Shown here: piece by piece, positions 1 to 9,558 of the stretch
How positions within the stretch are numbered: the first letter of the stretch is position 1
How the letters are laid out: each line of letters opens with the position of its first letter
From: Candidatus Krumholzibacteriia bacterium
GTDB taxonomy: Bacteria > Krumholzibacteriota > Krumholzibacteriia > Krumholzibacteriales > Krumholzibacteriaceae
Direction: 5' to 3'
NCBI GenBank assembly: GCA_023131975.1
Contig: JAGLYV010000066.1
Coordinates: forward strand, 1 to 64,000
Length of the DNA: 64,000 nt
The notes under the pieces: generated by a model
Databases searched by the model: none
The model's input: only the letters and a program-made list of their open reading frames with translations
What the model was told of the DNA's origin: nothing
Position numbers and translations under genes: made by a program

Positions 1-364
1 CCCAGCTGACTTTCGTTGCCGGGCTGGACGACGAGGCCGGAAGGCTTGTCGATGGCCAGGATAGAATCGTCCTCATACAGCACCGGGATCTTTTTTCCTA
101 TTGAGCCGAATCTTTTCCGGATACCGGTGGAGTCAGGCATTCCGCTATCTCTACGTGTTTTTATGCTTTTTACTGATTCGGCCACACTGACGATATCGCC
201 TGTCGTCAGCTTGTCCGTGCCGGTGGCTTTTTTCCCGTTCAGGAGGATCTTCCGTTTCCTGATGAGTGCCTGGGCCGCGTGGAAAGGCATTCCCGGAAAA
301 ATTGAACGCACGAACCTGTCGAGCCTCGCGCCGTTCCATTCTCCATCAATCTTGTGGTCTGTCA
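1..364 (-). CDS. RluA-family 23S rRNA pseudouridine synthase (RluD/RluC-like). The N-terminal part lies in the window and the C-terminus runs off the window start.
   Basis: Reverse-complement translation from the ATG at 364 gives MTDHKIDGEWNGARLDRFVRSIFPGMPFHAAQALIRKRKILLNGKK...VLYEDDSILAIDKPSGLVVQPG. This is an S4-like RNA-binding N-terminus followed by the RluA catalytic-domain entry motif (ILYEDD..ID KPxG). The ORF is absent from the supplied track because it has no stop inside the window. Confidence 0.7.
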
Positions 365-500
365 TGTTCCTGCTCCCCGTATTTTTGCGATGGGATGATA
401 GTATGCAAACAGGGGGAGGATTACAAGATGGTAGTGAGCTGCATCCTGCGCCTGTCGCAGCAAAAAGAGTGAGTGAAGCAGGTGGAAATGGAGGGGCTTC

Positions 501-529
501 TTGAATCTCGCCGATATAATAGATATAAT
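501..529 (+). promoter_or_regulatory. Candidate sigma70-type promoter: TTGAAT, 17-nt spacer, TATAAT.
   Basis: TTGAAT at 501-506 and a perfect TATAAT at 524-529 with a 17-nt spacer, about 50 nt upstream of the BNR lipoprotein gene starting at 578. Confidence 0.35.
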
Positions 530-577
530 TAGCGAGTACTCTGGAGCAATCTTCATCCAGAACCCGGGGAAGCAGGA

Positions 578-2464
578 TTGAAAGTAAGTAACAAGAGAAT
601 AACGATCATGGTTCTGTCGATAACGGCAATCGCCGTGCTGGGCAGTTGCGCGAAAGATGTCCCGACTATTCCCGCTGAACTGGAACTCCCCTGGGTCGAA
701 GTAGAGAGCCCGCGCTATAAAGGAACGGTTAGATCGATGGCCATCGGAGATGATGGGACTGTCTATCTGGGAGCCCAGGTCAGGCAGGCGGGGGCCGATC
801 CTTCTATCATATTGATCTCGAACGACGGGGGGGAGACATGGAGAGAGAACCATATCGGTATGTTCTGGATACTAAGCCTCACGATTGACAGTAAAGGATA
901 TATTTTTGCCACAGGTTATGGGTGGAAGGTGTGGCGATCGAAGGACGGGGGAGAGACCTGGGAGTCTTTTGATCAGGGTTTTCCCGAACGTAACACAGAG
1001 GTGTATTCATTCATCGGGCCGGATGACGAGATAATCCTCTGGGGAGAGAGCGAAGGTATTTTCATGTCGACAGATGCCGGGGATACGTGGGAATCACTTG
1101 GCGACACTCTCATGTGGGACTGGACCAGATTTCTAGCCGGCACTCAAGATTTTCGGTTTTTTGCTTCGACCTATGATGGGCTCTTTTTCAGTGATGACAC
1201 ATGCGCCAGCTGGGAGGGACCGGTGGAAGGACCCTGGGAGGGTGACACGCCCAACAAGGTCCTTGTCCTGAGCGATGGCACGCTTATTCTTCACGCGCGT
1301 CGGGTGTGCCGGTCGCATGATAACGGCGAGACCTGGGAAACAATCATAGATGATCGCAATACGGCCGACCAGATCTGGAAGGATGATCTGGACAGGCTGT
1401 ACTATGTTGACAACGGAATATTGATGATGTCGGTAGACATGGGGACGACCTGGGTGTATCAGATGGAAGCGATCGAAAATTCCCATAGAGTACAGATCGG
1501 TTCGGGACCATCGGGCGAGATATTCGTCAGTACAGGGCGTAACGGGGCAGGATTCTGCCGGTCTGTCGACGGGGGGACGACCTGGGAGTATCTCGGCCTG
1601 GCCGAGGGCGACCCTGAAACGATTCACTGGGGCAGCGATGGTCGTTTATATGTGTGCATGCCGTGCAGCGGTATTTTCAGGACCGATGCCTCGGACATCT
1701 CATGGGAGTGTTTCAGCGACAAGAGGGATCTTCTCTTTACATACAGTCTTGCTGAAAGATTAAATGGCGAATTGCTGGCAGGGACATTTTTCGGAATATA
1801 TTCGTCTCAACCAGAGGAAATGTGCTGGGCGAGCCTTGGAAGTTATGATTTCAACTATGAAGGAATCACGGCCATGATCGAAGTGCCGGGGAGAGGGATA
1901 TTCGCCGGTTCATATGGTAGGGGTATCTACCATCTTCCGGATGGAGAGGATATGTGGCTGCGGTTCGGGCTTAATGATTACGATATTACCTCTCTCGTCA
2001 TGACCGACTCGCTTGGCTTCTACGCCTCATGCAGTTTCGGTGGGGTCTTTAGTTATGACGAGGAAACGTTCGTCTGGGACCAGACGAACGAAGGGCTGGG
2101 CGATCTCAATGTCGAGGCGCTCGTTCTGACACCTGACGGGAGGCTGGTGGCGGGAACGAAATACTCGGGACTTTATGTCATGAACCCCGCAGAGAGGATC
2201 TGGCGGAAGCTGGGATCTGAGGAACTGCACGTAGTCGCCATGGATATCTATAATGAGACTGTCGTCATCGGAACCGATTATGACGGGTTTTACTTTTTCA
2301 GGACCGGGATGGACGGGCCGGAACAGATTCCGGTCGGAGATGGTGGAGACATCGCGGGGTTCGGGAATTATCCATATCTGACGTCGATGAGTATCGGCCC
2401 CGAAGGGTACATCGCTTTTTTAAGCCGGGACAGGGTCTTCATGAGTCTCTGTCCGATAGATTAG
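578..2464 (+). CDS. BNR/Asp-box repeat lipoprotein (sialidase/Sortilin-Vps10-like beta-propeller).
   Basis: At least eight S-x-D-x-G-x-T-W Asp-box repeats (SNDGGETW, SKDGGETW, STDAGDTW, SHDNGETW, SVDGGTTW and others). N-terminal lipoprotein signal with a K/R-rich n-region and a lipobox (AVLGSC). Putative TTG start at 578; an ATG at 608 is the alternative. Confidence 0.75.
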   Translation: MKVSNKRITIMVLSITAIAVLGSCAKDVPTIPAELELPWVEVESPRYKGTVRSMAIGDDGTVYLGAQVRQAGADPSIILISNDGGETWRENHIGMFWILSLTIDSKGYIFATGYGWKVWRSKDGGETWESFDQGFPERNTEVYSFIGPDDEIILWGESEGIFMSTDAGDTWESLGDTLMWDWTRFLAGTQDFRFFASTYDGLFFSDDTCASWEGPVEGPWEGDTPNKVLVLSDGTLILHARRVCRSHDNGETWETIIDDRNTADQIWKDDLDRLYYVDNGILMMSVDMGTTWVYQMEAIENSHRVQIGSGPSGEIFVSTGRNGAGFCRSVDGGTTWEYLGLAEGDPETIHWGSDGRLYVCMPCSGIFRTDASDISWECFSDKRDLLFTYSLAERLNGELLAGTFFGIYSSQPEEMCWASLGSYDFNYEGITAMIEVPGRGIFAGSYGRGIYHLPDGEDMWLRFGLNDYDITSLVMTDSLGFYASCSFGGVFSYDEETFVWDQTNEGLGDLNVEALVLTPDGRLVAGTKYSGLYVMNPAERIWRKLGSEELHVVAMDIYNETVVIGTDYDGFYFFRTGMDGPEQIPVGDGGDIAGFGNYPYLTSMSIGPEGYIAFLSRDRVFMSLCPID

Positions 2465-2504
2465 ATCCTGTGACTGGTCGTCTTCAGGAGACGGTGACTG
2501 GAGT

Positions 2505-4385
2505 TTGATGCTGACGCTTTATCATAAAAGAATCAGATTTCTGGCAGTATCCCTGCTCATCCTGTCGTCTCTTTCCTGTGCGGAAGATGTAGTTTTTCCG
2601 GGGGAAGACAGGGGAGAATGGACAAATGTTCCATCGGTAAGAGAGGATATCAGATCAAGTATCAGTGCCATCGCGGAAGGTCCTGGTGGAGAGCTCTATC
2701 TCGAATCGTATTGGGACACAGCTGATGACGGGACGGGGCTTATACTGTTTACAGACGATGCCGGTCTCACATGGGACCGCAGGGGAAAGGGGATGAATCC
2801 GGAAGGATGGATAGTCGATCTGGAGGTTCTCAAAGACGGTACAGTCTTTGCCTGCAAGGATCGCAACGGGGTGTTTCGTTCCTGTGACAGGGGGATGACA
2901 TGGAAGCAGGTCAATAATCGTCTGACAGATCTTGATATGGTAAGTATTGTGACCATCCCCGACGGACGTCTCCTGGTGTCGACAGATTTCGGTGGGCTCT
3001 TTTTCTCATCTGACAGGGGTGATACCTGGGAACAGTGTCTGTCAGATTCCATTTTTAACTACCGGCCGATTCTCGAGACCGACCATAACGGAGGCATCGT
3101 GTATGTTGCCTATAGCGATAAGGTTTTCTATTCTGAGGACAATTGTGCGACATGGGATATGTTACCGGCCATGCCTGGCGATACCCACTATTATGTCTCT
3201 GATTTGTGGGTAGATGGCGAAGGCACACTTTATCTGCCTATGAACAGTAAATTGCTGAAGTATTCGGCTGATGAAGGATGGGTAGACATCACGCCTGAAT
3301 ACAGTGGTTACATCCTGGATGATTTCATGATCGATGATGAAGGTGGGCTGTATACTGTTCACCGGGATCAATATGTCATGTGGTCGGGTGATCAGGGAAA
3401 CAGCTGGCAGGTGAAAGACTGGTTTACGACCGGAATGTGCCTGAGCGAGATCTTTTCAAACAGGGGATGTCTTTTCCTGGCGACAGTAGGTCATAACTCG
3501 ATGCTGTACAGGTCGTGCGATGAGGGAAGTACATGGCAGTGCGCGGGGACGGATGACAGTTATATTCTGGACCTGCTTGTAGATTCGTCCGGAAGTATGA
3601 TCGGCAGGACCCAGTTATCTATGTACAGGATGAACGGGCTGTCCGATCTGTGGACTTTGTTCTGGTTATATGACGAAAACAGGTGCGGGCAGGGAAGTTA
3701 TCCTAACTTGGCGAGGACAGCCCTCTGCCCCGACGGTGATATTCTGTTTTCCATGTGCGGACTTACCAGGGTGCCTGGCGAAGGTGGTCCGGGGTTCCAT
3801 ATAATGGGAGAGGATACCCTGGTGGTCTCAATCGAGGTCGATCCGGCCGGGATGATATTTTTAGCCACGGTCAACGGAGTCATGAGGTCGCTGGATAATG
3901 GTGGATCCTGGGAGACAGTACTGCCTGAACAGACAAAGGTGCTGGAGCTGGAGGCGAATGTCGACAGCACCGTATATCTTGCCACGGAGAATGGGCTGAT
4001 GATTTCTGAGGATTACGGCAGTACCTGGGAGACACGGATCGATTCCCTTGTGATAACTGCGATTACGTCTGATTCTGACGGAATGATCTATGCCGGAGTC
4101 GAGGGCGGCATCATGTTTTCTGTGGACAGGGGCAGGAACTGGGAGATGATCTGGCTCGATGGTTATCTCGAGACTCCCAGAACTCTGGAGATGTCGTCCG
4201 GGGGGCGGGTCGTAGCATTGACCAGTCACAGGAAACTGTATCTGATCGAGAAGGGATGCGCCGACTATCGAGTGATCTTCTCCGAACTCCCGCAGGATAT
4301 CAGGATACTTATAGGTGAAGACGGATATCTCTATTATTTTGAGAGGCAGATATTCCGTTTTTCCGTGCCTGTCGACATGCTTTGA
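2505..4385 (+). CDS. BNR/Asp-box repeat lipoprotein, tandem paralog of the preceding gene.
   Basis: Asp-box repeats (DDAGLTWD, CDRGMTWK, SDRGDTWE, GDQGNSWQ, CDEGSTWQ, LDNGGSWE, EDYGSTWE, VDRGRNWE). Signal peptide with Cys (LSSLSCAED). Same length class and architecture as 578-2464. Confidence 0.75.
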   Translation: MMLTLYHKRIRFLAVSLLILSSLSCAEDVVFPGEDRGEWTNVPSVREDIRSSISAIAEGPGGELYLESYWDTADDGTGLILFTDDAGLTWDRRGKGMNPEGWIVDLEVLKDGTVFACKDRNGVFRSCDRGMTWKQVNNRLTDLDMVSIVTIPDGRLLVSTDFGGLFFSSDRGDTWEQCLSDSIFNYRPILETDHNGGIVYVAYSDKVFYSEDNCATWDMLPAMPGDTHYYVSDLWVDGEGTLYLPMNSKLLKYSADEGWVDITPEYSGYILDDFMIDDEGGLYTVHRDQYVMWSGDQGNSWQVKDWFTTGMCLSEIFSNRGCLFLATVGHNSMLYRSCDEGSTWQCAGTDDSYILDLLVDSSGSMIGRTQLSMYRMNGLSDLWTLFWLYDENRCGQGSYPNLARTALCPDGDILFSMCGLTRVPGEGGPGFHIMGEDTLVVSIEVDPAGMIFLATVNGVMRSLDNGGSWETVLPEQTKVLELEANVDSTVYLATENGLMISEDYGSTWETRIDSLVITAITSDSDGMIYAGVEGGIMFSVDRGRNWEMIWLDGYLETPRTLEMSSGGRVVALTSHRKLYLIEKGCADYRVIFSELPQDIRILIGEDGYLYYFERQIFRFSVPVDML

Positions 4386-4451
4386 CCAGCGTAGATATTG
4401 CCATTTCGAATGTTGCTATCGTGGCCCGGGCCGCGGGTTCTCTGGCGATCT

Positions 4452-5228
4452 TTATTCCTCTTCGTCCATCTTCTCCAGAATATCTATCCATGTTTTTACC
4501 GTCTCTTCATCGGGATCAGCGAGGATCACCTTCTGAACGTTTTCAGCCTCGTACGCCCGCAAGGCTTTCAGGATGGCCGAAGCGCAAGTTTCCCTGTCCA
4601 TGCCTGCCGTTTCGGGGAAGAATCCCGGGATAACCAGTGTCTCGCTGTCAAGCTCCTCGGCCAACCGGAGAGCCTCAGAGATGGACTCTGCCAGCCGTTC
4701 TTCAGTGAAAGTATCCTGCCCACTGGTAAGGACATGGATAATATTTTTCGATGTAAGGTTGCCTGCGGAAGTGGCGACCGCGCCCCGGTGCGCTTCTTTA
4801 ATATTTGCTTTGAGTTTTTCTTCTACTTCATCGCCCGCCTCTTCTCTGACGACGAGGGCTGTCCCTGTCGTCATCGAGCCGTCCCCCGGCACGGGGCAGA
4901 AGATCGCGTCCGAGAAGACGTCGGTGACCTTTGCCTGCCTGACAGAAATGCCTGTATCCCCGATAGCAGTGAGATATTTATTTTCATCCATCGCGATTCC
5001 AGCGAGGATCACGTCCGGCCTCTTTTTAAAGTCGGATATGATGGTTGTTCCTGTCTTTCCGGCATGCAGGGCAGTTCTGATCACTTCTTCGGGTGTTATC
5101 TCTCCCTGGTCCCAGGCGAGGAGCTTGTCGGATAGTGGGGAGAGGAGATCATGACATTTACGGATCTTGATATTCTCTATGAATTGTGTTTTTCTTTCGT
5201 CTCTTTCATTGTCAATATTCCAGAACAT
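4452..5228 (-). CDS. Macro-domain-like protein (ADP-ribose-binding or processing fold). The family assignment is tentative.
   Basis: Motifs resembling the macro domain core: GAVATSAGNLTSKNIIHVLTSGQD (G-A-x-T-x-AG-x-L-x-x-K-x-(V/I)-IH-x-V-G-P-like) and ETLVIPGFFPETAGMDRETCASAILKAL (FPAISTG-like). The overlapping plus-strand ORFs 4398-5135 and 4573-5154 look non-proteinaceous. Confidence 0.4.
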   Translation of the reverse strand: MFWNIDNERDERKTQFIENIKIRKCHDLLSPLSDKLLAWDQGEITPEEVIRTALHAGKTGTTIISDFKKRPDVILAGIAMDENKYLTAIGDTGISVRQAKVTDVFSDAIFCPVPGDGSMTTGTALVVREEAGDEVEEKLKANIKEAHRGAVATSAGNLTSKNIIHVLTSGQDTFTEERLAESISEALRLAEELDSETLVIPGFFPETAGMDRETCASAILKALRAYEAENVQKVILADPDEETVKTWIDILEKMDEEE

Positions 5229-5388
5229 TTTATTCCTCCCTTTTCTGTTGTTATGGTTATAGCGCAGTTTGACTCTATTGTCATATGGTTAAGTTCGGTC
5301 TTTATCTGACCTGGCGGTTGCTGTAGAATCACGGTTCCGGAGCCGGTCTTATGATTTTTTATCCACACCCAATGAAAGGAGCATTATC

Positions 5389-7515
5389 ATGCGAGGAATG
5401 ATCAGAAGCAACTGGCACGCTGCCCTGGTCCTTGTCGCGGTAGCCGCGCTTGTGATAGTGGTATCTACCGTCCCGGCTATGGCAGGGGGCGAAAGTCCAT
5501 GGACCCCGAAAGATATCTGGAAACTGAAGAGGGTCGGAGACAACCAGGTCTCGCCCGATGGGAAATGGATAGCCTATGTCGTGTCGGCCACCGACTACGA
5601 AGAGAACAGCGGGAACTCCGATATCTGGATAATATCATCGGAGGGCGGCGAAGCGAAGAGGCTCACTACGAGTCCCAAAAGTGACAATCATCCGAGGTGG
5701 TCGCCCTGCGGGACAAAGATTGCCTTTCTTTCGGGCAGAGAAGGTTCACGTCAGGTCCATATCATTCCCGTGAATGGCGGCGAGGCGATGATGGTGACCG
5801 ATTTCCCGGGCGGTGTGGGAGAACTGGAATGGCTTCCCGACGGGAGCGGATTCATATTTACCGGCCGGGTATATCCCGATTGTCCCGATCTCGACTGCGT
5901 AACGGAAAGAGATGAGGTTAAAGAAGAGAGAAAGGTCTCGGCCGTAGTCCACAGGACTCTGATGTATCGGCACTGGGACACATATGAAGATGGTAAGGCG
6001 CAGCATATATTCAGGGTCGGAGTTGAAGGTGGCGACCCTGTCGACCTCACTTCCGGTCTCGAGTTCGACGCGCTCACATACTGGCTCGCCTCTGCCGGCA
6101 GAGATTTCGATATCAGCCCGGACGGGAGCACGGTCTATTTTGCGGGAAAACAGGACAAGGACCAGGCGGTCTCCTACAATGAAGAGATCTGGGCCGTATC
6201 GACCGCGGGCGGCGAGATAAGGAAGATCACTTCGAACCCGGCAGCTGACAGCCATCCCCGTGTATCTCCTTCAGGCAAGTATCTCGCCTGGCGTGCGACA
6301 CGTCGACCCGGGTACGAGTCGGACCGTTACGAACTGATGGTAATGGCTCTTACGTCCGGCGAACCGGTCAGCCTGACGGCAGGTCTCGACAGAAGTGTAG
6401 GCACCTTCTTCTGGAGTCACGACGGGAAGAAGCTCTTTTTCCAGATCGAGGATACGAGCGATATCAATCTGATGAGTGTCTCCGCAAAGGGCGGAAAGAT
6501 ATCTACAGTGATAGGCCGTAAAAACTCCGGCAGGGGATATCATCTCGGTGTAGATCCCGGACCGAAAGACAGGTTCTTTACCTATCTTTATCGTACGATG
6601 GAGCACTACTACGAGATCTTCAGGTGCGATGGCAAGGGGAAAAAGGTCAAAAAACTCACCGGCGCGAACGATGACATCTACGCGGAATACCATTTTCCTA
6701 CCGCCGAAGAGATCTGGTTCGACGGTGCTGGCGGAACAAAAATACACGGATTTCTCATCAAGCCGATGAATTTCGACCATACGAAGAAATACCCGATGCT
6801 GGTCAGGATCCATGGAGGGCCCCAGCAGATGTTCGGGTTTGCCTACAGGACCGAATTTGCGATGTTCTCGGGAGCGGACTACGCGGTCTTTTTCTGTAAT
6901 CCACGTGGTTCGACAGGATATGGCCAGGAGATCTGCGACGGTATCAACTATGACTGGGGTGGCAAGGTCATTGAGGATATAAGAAACGGTGTACGCCATG
7001 TTCTCGAAAACAACGAATGGATAGATCCTGCCGCGGTCGGCGCCTGGGGAGGTTCTTTCGGTGGTTTTGTCTGCAACTGGTTCCAGGGTCACAATGAGGA
7101 CGGCATGTTCTCCGTGCTTGTTACTCACGCGGGAGAGGCCGACCAGTGGAGTTCATACGGCAGCACCGAGGAGTTGTGGTTCCCCGAATGGGAATTCGGC
7201 GGGACTCCCTGGGACACTCAGGAGATGACTGACGAGCTGTCGCCGATCCGTTACGCGAACAATTTTTCGACTCCTCACCTGATCATCCATGGCGAACTGG
7301 ACTACAGGGTGCCGATCACGGGTGGCGAACAGATGTTCACCGCTCTCCAGAGACTCGGGGTGCCGTCGAAGATGATAAGGTATCCGGACGAAAATCACTG
7401 GATAATGCAACCTCACAATGCCCGGTTCTGGTACGCGTCGATACTCGACTGGTTCGAACAGTGGCTGCGGCGAGACGGAGAGGAACGGCCGATAGAGGGA
7501 TTCGAGGATCTATAG
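5389..7515 (+). CDS. S9-family serine peptidase (prolyl oligopeptidase/acylaminoacyl peptidase-like): N-terminal TolB-like beta-propeller plus alpha/beta-hydrolase.
   Basis: Signal peptide. Propeller repeats (SPDGKWIAY, SPCGTKIAF, LPDGSGFIF). C-terminal catalytic region HGGPQ...GAWGGSFGGF (GxSxG nucleophile) ...HGELDYRVP...DENHWI (Asp/His). Confidence 0.85.
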   Translation: MRGMIRSNWHAALVLVAVAALVIVVSTVPAMAGGESPWTPKDIWKLKRVGDNQVSPDGKWIAYVVSATDYEENSGNSDIWIISSEGGEAKRLTTSPKSDNHPRWSPCGTKIAFLSGREGSRQVHIIPVNGGEAMMVTDFPGGVGELEWLPDGSGFIFTGRVYPDCPDLDCVTERDEVKEERKVSAVVHRTLMYRHWDTYEDGKAQHIFRVGVEGGDPVDLTSGLEFDALTYWLASAGRDFDISPDGSTVYFAGKQDKDQAVSYNEEIWAVSTAGGEIRKITSNPAADSHPRVSPSGKYLAWRATRRPGYESDRYELMVMALTSGEPVSLTAGLDRSVGTFFWSHDGKKLFFQIEDTSDINLMSVSAKGGKISTVIGRKNSGRGYHLGVDPGPKDRFFTYLYRTMEHYYEIFRCDGKGKKVKKLTGANDDIYAEYHFPTAEEIWFDGAGGTKIHGFLIKPMNFDHTKKYPMLVRIHGGPQQMFGFAYRTEFAMFSGADYAVFFCNPRGSTGYGQEICDGINYDWGGKVIEDIRNGVRHVLENNEWIDPAAVGAWGGSFGGFVCNWFQGHNEDGMFSVLVTHAGEADQWSSYGSTEELWFPEWEFGGTPWDTQEMTDELSPIRYANNFSTPHLIIHGELDYRVPITGGEQMFTALQRLGVPSKMIRYPDENHWIMQPHNARFWYASILDWFEQWLRRDGEERPIEGFEDL

Positions 7516-7561
7516 GTCTTTCAGTCGGAGCCGGGAATATTGATCGGAGCAAAAGGGGTCT

Positions 7562-9106
7562 CTACCTGGATCTGTCCATGGCGTCGAGGCCCATGCGAGC
7601 TCCCTTGTTCGAAGGGTCGAGCCGGAGGGCCTCGGTGAAAGCTTCGCGGGCCAGTTGTCGTTCGCCCTTGCCTGCGTACACGATGCCCAAGCGGGTGTGG
7701 TACCCTGCTTCACCCGCCGCGGTATCCTTCGCGACTATCGTGTTGACCAGGCGCACAATCAGAAAGAGGGTCGCGAACATAAGTGCCAGTTCCGTCCAGC
7801 GCCTGTCCCTGAGAAGTTTCAAAAGCCCGGTCACGGCCGCGGCCGCCAGGGGAATCAGAAATACGACGACCGGGAGACGGTATCTTGCCAGCACATAGAA
7901 CGCCAGGGCGGCAGCGAAATATGTGAGGGCCCCTCCGTAGAGCAGCCATAGTCTGCCAGCCCTTTCCCTCGAAAGAAAAATGCCGAGAAGCGCGAACGGC
8001 GCGACGAGCCCGAAAGTCAATAGAGGGAGGGACAGAATGCCCCCGAATCTTCGGTGAAACGTAAGGCTTTCGACACTTGCCCGTTCGTAGCGGTTCCAGA
8101 AGAAAAGTGTCTTCTGCCAGAGGAGGTGGAAGAAACTGCCCGGATTTTCAATGTCATGCCGTATACCTTCCCTCAACCAGAACGACGACACTTCACTTGC
8201 CGACAGTTTTTCCCCGGATTCCGATTCGGCTATAGTGCGCATCCTGGCCTGCTGGACCTCCGGTGTCCCGCCCAGCGATTGTCCCCGATACGCCGGGATC
8301 GAATAGAACCCGTTAGCTTTTGGATTGTTGCCGATATACAGGTTGATGCCGCCCCCGGTCGTCAGGGGGATGAACTCACCCGAGACGATCGAATTTCTGA
8401 TAGTGAGTGGGGCGACTGCCATGATGAGGCCAGCGAATATCAATCCGCTCCGGCCGACAAAAGAGCCCGTGCTGAATCGTGGGCGGGCCTTATTCATCCT
8501 GAGGGCAAGATGTACGAGGGCGAAAGGCAGAAGTAGAAGGGCGACAGGTTTGGCTATTACGGAGAGGCCAAGGACGAACCCTGCCAGCAGGAGCCTCGGT
8601 TTTACCGGATATCCCGACTCTGGCACGAGGAGGAAGACGAACAATGTATTCAGAAACAGTATCAGTGTCGCGGGAACCAGCACACCTTCGTAGAAGATCG
8701 CCGGCAGGTAAAGGGCCATGATGGCGCCCGCGAGGATGCCGGCTGTCGATGACCGGAAAAGCCGCCGGGTCGAGGTTATCATCAACGCGCAGGTCAGCGT
8801 TCCCAGTATGGCGTGGGCAACTCTGACAGCGGTGAGACCCGGCCCCGCTATACGGTAGATAACGGAGACAAACCATGGGAAGAGAGGCGCCTGCATCAGC
8901 CTCGTGGGGACATCTTCGCCGCCCCATACCAGAAACTTTGCCCACTGATCGTATATAGCCGCGTCCAGGGTAAGGTCTCCGGCAAGTGGATCGAGCTTCG
9001 CGGTAAAGATGACATGAAGGATCCTGACGACCAGGGCCAGGAATATGACTGCCGCGGCAAGGAAGGATTCGTTTACAAATATTTTATCCTGATATGTTTT
9101 TTTCAT
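7562..9106 (-). CDS. GT39/GT83 (ArnT/PMT-like) membrane glycosyltransferase with a C-terminal TPR domain.
   Basis: About 12 predicted TM helices with an ArnT/PMT-like N-terminal region (…LDPLAGD…YDQWAKF…). C-terminal soluble TPR-like segment (TRLGIVYAGKGERQLAREAFTEALRLDPSN). Confidence 0.65.
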   Translation of the reverse strand: MKKTYQDKIFVNESFLAAAVIFLALVVRILHVIFTAKLDPLAGDLTLDAAIYDQWAKFLVWGGEDVPTRLMQAPLFPWFVSVIYRIAGPGLTAVRVAHAILGTLTCALMITSTRRLFRSSTAGILAGAIMALYLPAIFYEGVLVPATLILFLNTLFVFLLVPESGYPVKPRLLLAGFVLGLSVIAKPVALLLLPFALVHLALRMNKARPRFSTGSFVGRSGLIFAGLIMAVAPLTIRNSIVSGEFIPLTTGGGINLYIGNNPKANGFYSIPAYRGQSLGGTPEVQQARMRTIAESESGEKLSASEVSSFWLREGIRHDIENPGSFFHLLWQKTLFFWNRYERASVESLTFHRRFGGILSLPLLTFGLVAPFALLGIFLSRERAGRLWLLYGGALTYFAAALAFYVLARYRLPVVVFLIPLAAAAVTGLLKLLRDRRWTELALMFATLFLIVRLVNTIVAKDTAAGEAGYHTRLGIVYAGKGERQLAREAFTEALRLDPSNKGARMGLDAMDRSR

Positions 9107-9149
9107 CGGTATCTTTATAACCGATTAGAGGAAAGGCTTCAAGCCTGGT

Positions 9150-9521
9150 CTATTCCGGAAAATCTTCTTCGATGATATTTTCTATCATCCGTTCATCCTC
9201 GTTCTGTTTGATAAGCGACAGGACATGGTCGAATTCTGTCTTCACATTATCTTCGAAACACTCGACCATATTCTTCGCCCGCTTGCCACTGTTGATCCTC
9301 GTGAATCTCAGCCGACGCAGAAGGGATTCATACGATTTATCGGAGGTGTAGGCCGACAGGGTGTACCTGGCGACAAACTCCCCGCACTCCGCACATTCGA
9401 TATAGACCCGGATCTTTTCGCCCTTGCAGAAATACATATTGTTTTTGGTCGACGTAGAGTCGCAGTTGGGGCAATGTTCCGTCCTGGCGCTTTCGCTCGA
9501 TGTGGTCCTGTCTTTTTCCAT
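9150..9521 (-). CDS. Small zinc-ribbon protein, function unknown.
   Basis: Two CxxC pairs (CPNCDS...CAECGEF). Sits directly upstream of and co-oriented with the GT39 gene. No recognisable family. Confidence 0.4.
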   Translation of the reverse strand: MEKDRTTSSESARTEHCPNCDSTSTKNNMYFCKGEKIRVYIECAECGEFVARYTLSAYTSDKSYESLLRRLRFTRINSGKRAKNMVECFEDNVKTEFDHVLSLIKQNEDERMIENIIEEDFPE

Positions 9522-9558
9522 TTCACCCCTTCTTCCGGTGAAAAACTGTCTCCTGTTG

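Noticed and set aside
16-853. Overlapping ORFs at the window start: 16-504 (+), 266-472 (+), 151-339 (-), 362-853 (-).
   Set aside because: Their translations have no protein-like composition or motifs. The reverse strand of 1-364 in another frame gives a clear RluA-family pseudouridine synthase N-terminus. The remainder, 365-577, is a promoter region with a consensus -35/-10.
4386-4451. Palindrome GGCCCGGGCC between the convergent BNR and macro-like genes, considered as a terminator.
   Set aside because: Perfect palindrome without a loop or a flanking U-tract; more likely incidental.
4398-5154. Plus-strand ORFs 4398-5135 and 4573-5154, antisense to the macro-like gene.
   Set aside because: Cys/Phe/Arg-rich junk translations; the minus-strand frame carries recognisable domain motifs.
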